In this document: piece after piece, positions 25,068-32,000 of the stretch
How the letters are laid out: the number at the start of each line of letters is the position of its first letter
How positions within the stretch are numbered: position 1 is the first letter of the stretch
Assembly: GCF_000009705.1 (NCBI RefSeq)
Contig: NC_003276.1
Coordinates: forward strand, 240,001-272,000
DNA: 32,000 bases
Source of the DNA: Nostoc sp. PCC 7120 = FACHB-418
GTDB lineage: Bacteria > Cyanobacteriota > Cyanobacteriia > Cyanobacteriales > Nostocaceae
Reading direction: 5' to 3'
Notes under the pieces: model-generated
What the model was told of the DNA's origin: nothing
Database searches by the model: none
What the model saw: only the letters and a program-made list of their open reading frames with translations
Made by a program: the position numbers and the translations under genes

Positions 25068-25921
25068 TAGCCTGTGATACCGTTTTTGGAGAGAAGTGTA
25101 AAAGCGGATTGCTTGGCATAAGTGATAAGTTTAGCTTATTAAAAACCCCAAAAACCAAGCAAAATTAGCCGGACGGTAAATAAACTTCGCAGGCTACTCC
25201 ATAGCTGCGATCTACGGCTTGGCGTAAAAATTCAAGCATCTGTTTGAGGGTAAATAGATCAGAAAAAACTTGTCTGGTGCTTCTTTTTAAACGGCTAATA
25301 AAATGCCATACCAGATAAATCCAAACATTAATAATTAAGAATGCCAAAGCTACAAATAAAAGCCGAATGGTAGGATTTTTAATAGTAGTTTTGATTCGGC
25401 ACTGGTTTTTCATACGATAACTACTCTCAATCCCGAAACGTAGACGATAGTCATCATGTATAAGCGACAAAGTTAACTTAACTTTATAGACAGCATAAAC
25501 AAAAAATTCCCGTCCATGCTCTCGTCTTTTACCATTTTTATATGTGCAAACTATCCACACATTAAAAGTTACTGAACCATATTTATCGCTGTTTAAAGTG
25601 TAACTGGTTTTGTAACTCCGCCTATCTCTAATTAATTGTTTAGTTCCACCATTTTTGCCCCGGATAATAGCTGGCATTTCAAATGGAATATCCAAAGCTT
25701 GTAACCATCTGATGACATTTATAAAATTCCCTACAACACAACACCAACATAGTTCTGGTGCAAGAATTCCTCTTACCTTTTTGGCTGATTAATTAGCTTT
25801 ACTTATGTTATGAGTCCAAATGAGCTATTCAATACCAGTATTTAAAAGCACAGTTTGGAGGCAAAAAGTTACTGGCACAGCTATTCATCATAGAGTGATC
25901 GCCAAACTTTTCGGTCTACTG
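25031..25921 (-). mobile_element. Defective, internally deleted DDE-type IS (IS4/IS701-like), 891 bp
   Basis: Perfect 25-bp terminal inverted repeats: CAGTAGACCGAAAAGTTTGGCGATC at 25031-25055 and its reverse complement at 25897-25921. They are flanked by the 5-bp direct repeat AATGT (25026-25030 and 25922-25926). Confidence 0.8.
25165..25695 (-). pseudogene. C-terminal fragment of a DDE transposase
   Basis: 176-aa ORF. It contains a Y-x2-R-x3-E-x6-K signature (YRLRFGIESSYRMK) typical of the IS4-like catalytic E region. The N-terminal DD part is missing and the element is too short for a full transposase. Confidence 0.7.
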
Positions 25922-26190
25922 AATGTACGTTAGTGGGGTACAGCCGGGATAAGCTGTCGTATAGCTAGATTGTATGATATGACATTAAACAGCTTATGTG
26001 AGTTGGAGTTTGGAAAGCCGTAAATACGTCAACATAGCTAAACATCTTGGCTAAACGACAGCCTGAAACCCTCGCTATCCGTAGGGCATTTTTAATTCAC
26101 ATAAGGCGTATTAAGTAAGCCAGGTTCGTAAAAATGATGGACAATTGCTAATACCTCACACCTCACGTTAGATCATGTCCGATTTGAACC

Positions 26191-27414
26191 TCACACGACT
26201 TGAAGTCGCGTGATTCCTGCTTCAACGATCTCTGCCTGAATTGCTCCAGGACTGACGAGTTCTCCACAGGCGTTTAGAGCCTCCGGGATACCCACGGCGG
26301 CTATTAATCTCAATCCCTCACCTAATATGTTCAACGCTGCGTTATTGTCTCTCAAATTGTAACCACTACAACCAGGACAAGCCCATTCACGTAACTTTAA
26401 ATCTTTGACCAAAGGGTTGATAAAACCACAATGATTACAAGTCTGAGAGGAGGGATAAAACGTACCAACCTTCTGCACAATTCTGTCATGCCAAAAAGCT
26501 TTATATTCAAGCATGGCAACGAACTTAGACCAACTAGCGTCTGAAATACTCAATGATAATTTATGGTTTTTTACCATGTTGGCAACTCGCAAATCCTCAA
26601 TACAGATAATACTGTTTTCTTTGATTAGACGAGTTGACAGCTTGTGCAGAAAGTCATCTCTGAGATTGGTAATTCTTTCGTAGCTACGAGCCAGCTTGAT
26701 TTTCGCTTTGACTCGATTAGTACTGCCTTTTACACTGCGGGATAATTTTTTATGTGCTTTACGTAATTTACGAGTTTGAGTCCGGTAATATTTGGGATTA
26801 TCTACGACTTCCCCATTACTAGTAACGAGATAAGACTTTATGCCTAAGTCTATGCCAATATTTTGACTAACTTGGGGATGTTTCTCAATCTCTGTATCAC
26901 ACAGAATACTAGCAACATATTTACCAGAAGAAGTCCGAGTTATGGTAACGTTTATAAGCTTTCCGGTAACTTCTTGGGACTTATGAAACTTCACCCACCC
27001 TAACTTCGGAAGCTTTAAACGATTCTCTATTACCTGGATGTTACCGTTTGTTAAATTCGTCTTGTAAGACTGCTTGCAACCATGCTTCTTTTTAAACTTG
27101 GGAAAGCCTACTCCTTTTTTGCCTTTGACCTTCTTTAAGTCAGCAAAAAAGTTTTTGTATGCTGTCTCTAAATTCTTGAGCGAATTCTGTAAGGCAAACT
27201 TATCTACTTCCTTCAACCATTCAATTTCTTTCTTGAGTAAAGTTAAACGTTGACTACAAGCGTTATAGTTTAATGTTTTCTGTTCGGACTGATATAGCTC
27301 TTGCTTTAATGCCAGAAAGTGGTTATACACAAACCTTGCACAACCAATACTCTTATTGATTAAGACCTCTTGATTGTGATTAGGAATGAGTGTAACTTTA
27401 AACGCTCTCTGCAT
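26191..27414 (-). CDS. tnpB: TnpB (OrfB) RNA-guided endonuclease
   Basis: 407 aa. RuvC motifs are [22 protein letters not shown] and [10 protein letters not shown]. The zinc finger is CNHCG...CPGCS. It overlaps the tnpA 3' end by 17 nt. Confidence 0.95.
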   Translation of the reverse strand: MQRAFKVTLIPNHNQEVLINKSIGCARFVYNHFLALKQELYQSEQKTLNYNACSQRLTLLKKEIEWLKEVDKFALQNSLKNLETAYKNFFADLKKVKGKKGVGFPKFKKKHGCKQSYKTNLTNGNIQVIENRLKLPKLGWVKFHKSQEVTGKLINVTITRTSSGKYVASILCDTEIEKHPQVSQNIGIDLGIKSYLVTSNGEVVDNPKYYRTQTRKLRKAHKKLSRSVKGSTNRVKAKIKLARSYERITNLRDDFLHKLSTRLIKENSIICIEDLRVANMVKNHKLSLSISDASWSKFVAMLEYKAFWHDRIVQKVGTFYPSSQTCNHCGFINPLVKDLKLREWACPGCSGYNLRDNNAALNILGEGLRLIAAVGIPEALNACGELVSPGAIQAEIVEAGITRLQVV

Positions 27415-27801
27415 TTTGGTTTTCTATGTACTTTTTGACTTGTGCTTCTGTATTATCTGAAACAGTACTTACAAAATAACTAGGATTCCAGAGATGACCT
27501 CCCCATAGCTTTTTCTTGAGTTGAGGAAACTTTAAAAACAATTTCCTAGCTGATATTCCCTTTAGCATTTTGACTATATTAGGGATGGTGTGCTGAGGCG
27601 TTGCAGACACTAAAACATGAACATGGTCTTCTACTACCTCAAGACTCTCAACCTTGAATTTGTAAAGAATTGCCGTCTCAACTAGAACTTCTTTCAGAAA
27701 GTCAGCTATTTCATCTTTCAGTACCTTATGCCTATACTTAACACACCATACGATATGATACTCATTGCATAAACGTAACCTCTACCGTGCTTTACTTCCA
27801 T
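27398..27801 (-). pseudogene. tnpA: IS200/IS605 Y1 (HUH) transposase TnpA with a frameshift near codon 12
   Basis: ATG at 27801 gives MEVKHGRGYVYA, and that frame then stops. The rest of the protein (NEYHIVWCVKYRHKVLKDEIADFLKEVL...VEDHVHVLVSATPQHTIPNIVKMLKGISARKLF...YIENQ, with the HUH motif HVHVL and the C-terminal Tyr) is in another frame. That frame has a TAG just upstream and no usable start. Confidence 0.8.
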
Positions 27802-27884
27802 AATTCATCTTACCATGTGCATGACCATAGTAAGACAAAATATGGAAATATGGAGCGCCTAACTCATGACTAGAAGTCACGAGT

Positions 27885-28082
27885 GTGCGGCTTGCAGAAA
27901 TCAAGGTTGATACGGTTATCTGCATTAACGGCACTGTCCTAATCGTTTACTATACCCCTGGACAGTGCTGGCAGTTCCGCATTATCAGCCGTTCAGGTGG
28001 CATATTTGGCGAACAGAAGATTTACTACAGTGCGGCGGCGGCGTTGCGGACAGGATTGGAGTGGATGAGGGATGAATGGTAA
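27885..28082 (+). CDS. Small hypothetical protein; its 5' end is probably displaced by the IS605-type element
   Basis: 65-aa GTG ORF whose first 5 codons lie in the predicted IS left end. See the finding on the reconstructed empty site. No family recognised. Confidence 0.3.
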   Translation: MRLAEIKVDTVICINGTVLIVYYTPGQCWQFRIISRSGGIFGEQKIYYSAAAALRTGLEWMRDEW

Positions 28083-28151
28083 CTTTACATGAGTAATAAA
28101 ACATAACTGACGTAGTGTTACTGAGGTTAAAGTGTATAGTATAAAACGTTA

Positions 28152-28438
28152 TTACTTGTGTTTCCCCCTATGGCGTTGACTTTTAAGTAACAAAGGAGCG
28201 CTAGCTAAAGCAAATGCCAACATCACAGATGTAGTCTTGTTTTCAGTCACAGTGATTGTTTGGACTTGCAAAGTAGTAATTGGGAAGAGATAATTAGTAT
28301 CAAAAATAGAATAAACTTGAAAACTGCCTACAACTGGACTAAAAGGAATATCACCCGTGAAAGCTCCTCTCACAAAAGAAGCTTCGTAGAGGGCCGGATC
28401 ACTACTAAGTTGAGGAGTTAAATTTGCACCTTGAAATT
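28152..28438 (-). pseudogene. 3' part of a secreted-protein gene split by the IS1182-like element
   Basis: The frame continues from 30784-31133 once the IS and one copy of the target duplication are removed (..LQFQGANLTPQLSSDPALYEASFVRGAFTGD..). It ends in a hydrophobic stretch plus a basic tail (SVMLAFALASAPLLLKSQRHRGKHK), reminiscent of a PEP-CTERM-type sorting signal. Confidence 0.7.
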
Positions 28439-28527
28439 GATGCTGTTGGCGAAGTCAAAAGTAGACAGGAATTCCGTAGAGTGTCACTCTAAGATTGGCA
28501 CTATATATACCCAGGAGCGCAAGGGAT

Positions 28528-30177
28528 ATGTCACTAAAACCACAACCCATCAGTCCTGTGCCAGAGGAAACAGTTCGTGTCGCCCGTGCTGCCTTCCCCA
28601 AAGGAAACCTTTATCTCACGCTGCGAGATGAAATTGGCACACTTTACAGTGATAGTGACTTTACCGCCTTGTATCCCACTCATGGTCAACCAACAGTTAC
28701 ACCTTGGCGACTGGCATTAATCTGTGTGTTGCAATTTATTGAGGATTTGCCAGATCGACAAGCTGCTGAAGCTGTCCGTAGTAGGATTGATTGGAAATAT
28801 GTTTTGGGGTTGGAATTGACTGACCCAGGGTTTGACTTCTCTGTATTATGTGAATTTCGCACCCGATTGATAACTGGTGGTGCAGAGCAACAACTGCTAG
28901 ACACTTTACTCAAGCAATTCAAAGAGCGCGGATGGCTCAAAGAAAGAGGAAAACAGCGCACGGACTCTACTCATGTGCTGGCTGCTATTCGCAACTTGAA
29001 CCGACTAGAAGGGGTAGGTGAAACCCTACGTGCAGCCCTCAATGACCTAGCTACAGTTGCGCCAGACTGGTTACGTTCATGGGTGCCAGAGGAATGGTTT
29101 GAACGCTACGGTCGTGCCATAGAAGAGTATCGCCTACCCAAAGGCATTGCTGCTCGTAAAGAATATGCTGAGATGATTGGCACAGATGGTATGCAATTAC
29201 TGATATCTGTGTGGGCAGAAGATGTCCCAGATTGGCTCAGGCTTGTACCAGCAGTCGAAATTTTGCGACAGACTTGGATACATCAATATTATGTGGAGAA
29301 TGAGCAAGTAAGATTGCGGGCTGCGAGCGACTTAGCTCCTTCTGGTAGTCGTTTTGACTCTCCTTATGACATCGATGCTCGCTTTGGTAATAAACGGAGT
29401 GTGACTTGGACTGGGTATAAAGTGCATCTGACGGAAACTTGTGATGAGAACCAAGTCCATTTAATCACTCATGCCATTACCACTCAAGCTCAGGTTTCAG
29501 ATGTTACCCAGACTGCACTTATCCACGAGGCATTGGCCGCCAAAGACCTGCTCCCCAGTCAACACATTGTTGATGCTGGCTATATCGATAGTAATCTTAT
29601 CGTCACCAGTCGTAAGCGTTATCGAATAGATTTAGTTGGGCCAGTCCGCCCGAATGGTAGTTGGCAAGCTAAAACTCCAGGCGGTTACGACATCAGCCAG
29701 TTTACCGTGAACTGGAATACAAAACGGGTGACTTGTCCTCAAGGTAAAAAAAGTACCAAAAAGTGGGTACCGACTCAGGATAAATGGGGCAATGCAGTGA
29801 TTAATGTGAGATTTCCTCGCAAAACTTGCCGACTTTGCAACGCCCGTGCTTTATGCACTCGCTCAAAAACTGAGCCAAGAGAACTGACACTACGTCCAAA
29901 AGCTGAATACCAAGCACTGCAAACCGTGCGACAACAACAACTTTCCACTGACTGGAAAAAGCTCTATGACACCAGAGCAGGAGTTGAGGGGACGCTATCT
30001 CAAGGAATTGTCACTTTGGGGTTGCGGCAAGCTCGCTACATTGGTTTAGTTAAAGTTCGACTCCAGCACTTGCTGAGCGCCGTAGCTCTCAATGTGGTAC
30101 GTATGGTCTCTTGGCTACATGGTCGAACTCATGCAAAAACCAGGATTTCTCGATTTGCTGCTTTAGCTCCAGCTTGA
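28528..30177 (+). CDS. IS1182-family DDE transposase (DUF772 N-terminal domain)
   Basis: The start is set at the ATG giving MSLKPQPISPVPEETVRVARAAFPKGN. LPDRQAAEAVRSRIDWKYVLGLELTDPGFDFSVLCEFRTRL is the characteristic DUF772 region. A Cys-rich segment is CPQGK...CRLCNARALC. The family name is assigned from memory of similar annotated transposases. Confidence 0.85.
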   Translation: MSLKPQPISPVPEETVRVARAAFPKGNLYLTLRDEIGTLYSDSDFTALYPTHGQPTVTPWRLALICVLQFIEDLPDRQAAEAVRSRIDWKYVLGLELTDPGFDFSVLCEFRTRLITGGAEQQLLDTLLKQFKERGWLKERGKQRTDSTHVLAAIRNLNRLEGVGETLRAALNDLATVAPDWLRSWVPEEWFERYGRAIEEYRLPKGIAARKEYAEMIGTDGMQLLISVWAEDVPDWLRLVPAVEILRQTWIHQYYVENEQVRLRAASDLAPSGSRFDSPYDIDARFGNKRSVTWTGYKVHLTETCDENQVHLITHAITTQAQVSDVTQTALIHEALAAKDLLPSQHIVDAGYIDSNLIVTSRKRYRIDLVGPVRPNGSWQAKTPGGYDISQFTVNWNTKRVTCPQGKKSTKKWVPTQDKWGNAVINVRFPRKTCRLCNARALCTRSKTEPRELTLRPKAEYQALQTVRQQQLSTDWKKLYDTRAGVEGTLSQGIVTLGLRQARYIGLVKVRLQHLLSAVALNVVRMVSWLHGRTHAKTRISRFAALAPA

Positions 30178-30302
30178 AACAAGAGCTTTCAATCTAGATT
30201 ACCAAGAATATCTATTAAGCTCATCCTTTTCCATGTAATACAACCATAAGGTTCTGCTGCATAATGAGCTAAAATTGCGGTGTAATACATGGGGCATCAG
30301 TT

Positions 30303-30767
30303 ATGAAACGGGATATCCAGGGGAAGTTTGCGTTGAAAAACGAAGACTACCGTTTAGTTCGCTCACTCAGACTAACTGATTCCACTTGGGTTACTTTGGG
30401 CATTACATCTGAATGCTTAGGTCTTACTAGGGCTGACTATTTAGAACAGATCATTCGTGAAAATGCTCTACCAAACACGGGGTGTCCAAGTAATACACGG
30501 CAAAACATGGAGTCTCTACCGAGTAATACACGGTATGAGGAAGAAATAGAATTACTCAAACTAGAAATACAAAATCTCACTCAAAAGAATGTTGCATTGA
30601 TGGAGCGAACAGCAATTACTTTCTCCCAAGTAGAACTTGAGCTTTTACGCGATCGCATTTTGCTTGACTTGAAATTAGGCAAGCAAGCCCCTGGATACAA
30701 AGCTGTTCAAAAAGCTCTCAATCGTTTTATTGCTGAATTGACTGACCCAAACAGGAGCGTTTTTTGA
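30303..30767 (+). CDS. IS-borne accessory protein, ribbon-helix-helix-like N-terminus plus coiled coil
   Basis: 154-aa ORF lying entirely inside the IS. Its TGA (30765-30767) is within the right inverted repeat. RSLRLTDSTWVTLGITSECLGLTRADYLEQIIRE has a beta-alpha-alpha (RHH-like) pattern. EEEIELLKLEIQNLTQKNVALME has heptad character. Confidence 0.55.
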   Translation: MKRDIQGKFALKNEDYRLVRSLRLTDSTWVTLGITSECLGLTRADYLEQIIRENALPNTGCPSNTRQNMESLPSNTRYEEEIELLKLEIQNLTQKNVALMERTAITFSQVELELLRDRILLDLKLGKQAPGYKAVQKALNRFIAELTDPNRSVF

Positions 30768-30783
30768 CTTCGCCAACAGCATC

Positions 30784-31133
30784 TGAAATTGTAGGAAAAG
30801 TTGAATACGTTCGTAGCCACTAGCATAACAAAGGTATTGAGGTTCTCCTGTTTGGGAATCGATAATATCAATGCCACCAGAACAAGTCTCAGAATTAACA
30901 TTGATAGTTCCACTACCAGATTGAAAGCTAGCTCCACCAGAAAAGCTTAAAAGTTTAAAGAAATCATTGTCAGGGTCAAAATTAGAAAAAACTTCGCCAG
31001 TACGAGTATCCAAGCGAAAACTGCCAGCATCTGTATTAAATTGTAATAAGGCAGCGTAAGATGGTGCTATAGCGGCAATGCTGACAAACGCTGCACCTAT
31101 GGAAGGCATTGTTAAATTGAGCAATTTGAGCAT
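30784..31133 (-). pseudogene. 5' part of the secreted-protein gene split by the IS1182-like element
   Basis: The likely start is MLKLLNLTMPSIGAAFVSIAAIAPSYA (signal peptide) at 31133. The tracked ORF's last 36 codons (30675-30783) are read-through into the IS. 350 nt plus 280 nt gives 210 codons in frame after removing one target duplication. Confidence 0.7.
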
Positions 31134-31224
31134 ATGACGAATGACGGTATAACTATATGCACAGATGAAGATAAGACGAAAGTTGTGCAATCTGCTATCT
31201 AGCTGAAGTAGGAATTAGGTCAAA

Positions 31225-31632
31225 TTGCTCCCATGCGATCGCTCTTGGTGTAATAGCGACCCCTACCGAGTAGGTGAAATCTGCACACTTCAACCCAAGG
31301 ATAACCCCGACTTGCGGGGCAAAAGTGGTTACTGGGGTGTGGTTACTCATGTTGGTGAATATAGTTGCACAATCAAATGGTGGGACGGCGACTATACAGC
31401 AAAAGTAGAACACCTGAAATTATTGGAATTACTGGAGGAGGATTGCCGATTTTTGCAGCAGCTATGCGAAAGGCTGCGGCGGCTGCATGAGGTAGCCGGA
31501 CGGGATGAGGCGGTTGATTGGTTATTACAGGGATTGGGGAAACAGGCTAAACCGTATTTGTCGGCATTGCAAGCAAAACTGTTAGCGGCGGTGGAACGGG
31601 AGTATGGGATTGACCCCAAGTTCAAGAAGTAA
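31225..31632 (+). pseudogene. 3' paralog fragment of the 17308-18237 DNA-binding gene (C-terminal domain only)
   Basis: Nucleotide homology to 17866-18222 is roughly 80-85% by eye, from about 31262 onward. The protein YRVGEICTLQPKDNPDLRGKSGYWGVVTHVGEYSCTIKWWDGDYTAKVEHLK... parallels the full-length copy. There is no ATG (only a TTG from the ORF caller) and no N-terminal HTH domain. Confidence 0.6.
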
Positions 31633-31771
31633 ATTGACAAGTTTTATGAAACAGGTTGATATTCACTCTAAGTTAATAGAACAACTTGAGAAAGTAGCGC
31701 ATTAGTTTCCGCGCAATATATGGGTTCTAATATAACTAAGGATAGGAAATTTAATTCAAGGTGTTTTGAAA

Positions 31772-32000
31772 ATGGAAGTTCCCTCAGTTGCGAACACAGC
31801 AAGAATTATTGATTATTGGTTAGGAGGTTCTCATCACTTTCCTGTGGATGAAGAAGCAGCCAAAGTATTTGAGCAAGTATACCCCAAAAGTCCAGAAGTA
31901 TTCCAAGAACTTAGAGCATATATCGGAAAAGTATCGCGTTATATTGAATCTCAAGGAATCAACCAGTTTGTGGTTTTTGGTGCGGGGCTACCAACTTGTG
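31772..32000 (+). CDS. SAM-dependent methyltransferase (DUF574/Methyltransf_19-like), 5' part; continues beyond the window
   Basis: ATG at 31772 gives MEVPSVANTARIIDYWLGGSHHFPVDEEAAKVFEQVYP...VVFGAGLPT. The ARIYDYWLGG..NF..D motif and the GAGLPT SAM-binding loop are characteristic of this family. Confidence 0.7.
   Translation, partial: MEVPSVANTARIIDYWLGGSHHFPVDEEAAKVFEQVYPKSPEVFQELRAYIGKVSRYIESQGINQFVVFGAGLPTC

Larger units (their letters stand above)
26181..27899 (-). mobile_element. IS200/IS605-family element of the IS605 type (tnpA plus tnpB). Ends are predicted, not proven.
   Basis: Related imperfect hairpins sit near both ends, read here on the minus strand: CTCGTGACTTCTAGTCATGAG (27863-27883) and TCACGCGACTTCAAGTCGTGTGA (26191-26213). 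TTGAT (minus strand, 27900-27904) lies 16 nt outside the left hairpin. The right end is placed 10 nt beyond the right hairpin by analogy with IS608. Confidence 0.6.
28439..30783 (+). mobile_element. IS1182-like (IS5-superfamily) insertion sequence, 2345 bp, with two ORFs
   Basis: Perfect 22-bp terminal inverted repeats: GATGCTGTTGGCGAAGTCAAAA at 28439-28460 and its reverse complement at 30762-30783. They are flanked by the 7-bp direct repeat TGAAATT (28432-28438 and 30784-30790). Confidence 0.88.

Noticed and set aside
30303-30767. RHH-like ORF as the antitoxin of a toxin-antitoxin pair
   Set aside because: No adjacent small toxin ORF is present. The gene lies within IS boundaries next to the transposase, so an IS-related role is more parsimonious.
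30675-30783. C-terminal 36 codons of tracked ORF 30675-31190 (MLLAKSKNAPVWVSQF...)
   Set aside because: They are read-through into the right end of the IS1182-like element, antisense to ORF2, and not part of the native gene.
17866-31618. Diversity-generating retroelement (RT genes present, plus a roughly 350-nt diverged repeat that might be a template/variable repeat pair)
   Set aside because: Differences between the repeats are not confined to adenine positions. Both RTs are clearly group II intron maturases with X and HNH domains. The repeats are ordinary paralogous coding sequence.
1-32000. CRISPR arrays, tRNA or rRNA genes
   Set aside because: I found no regularly spaced short direct repeats and no cloverleaf-like or rRNA-like segments on either strand. 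TnpB is Cas12-related, but no array accompanies it.

Overview
Cyanobacterial DNA of plasmid or accessory type. It carries at least 13 copies of the HIP1 octamer GCGATCGC. A CyRepA-like replication gene runs off the left edge on the minus strand, and the ORF track missed it. The window is a mosaic of cargo modules, and nearly every module has been hit by a mobile element. (1) Two identical 1.36-kb tnpB-only IS200/IS605 elements sit in direct orientation. They bracket an operon encoding an HTH-NB-ARC (STAND) NTPase and a small protein. Copy B splits a zinc-ribbon Ser/Thr kinase-TPR gene. (2) An AT-rich, HIP1-poor block encodes a secreted protein, a TPR-CHAT protein translationally coupled to a TpsA/filamentous-haemagglutinin-type exoprotein, and a VOC enzyme. 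(3) A plasmid-type DNA-binding gene is followed 5 nt after its stop codon by a group II twintron. The inner intron lies inside the reverse transcriptase ORF of a related outer intron. (4) An ankyrin-GUN4 fusion gene has its last codons supplied by a defective IS. (5) An IS605-type element carries a frameshifted tnpA and an intact tnpB. (6) An IS1182-like element carries an extra ribbon-helix-helix-like ORF and splits a secreted-protein gene. (7) The right end holds a 3' paralog fragment of the DNA-binding gene and the start of a SAM-methyltransferase gene. I saw no rRNA, tRNA or CRISPR array. The best candidates for something new are the twintron with its covarying target-recognition loops, the STAND plus small-protein operon beside the replication gene, and the TpsA-CHAT module that has no transporter gene nearby.
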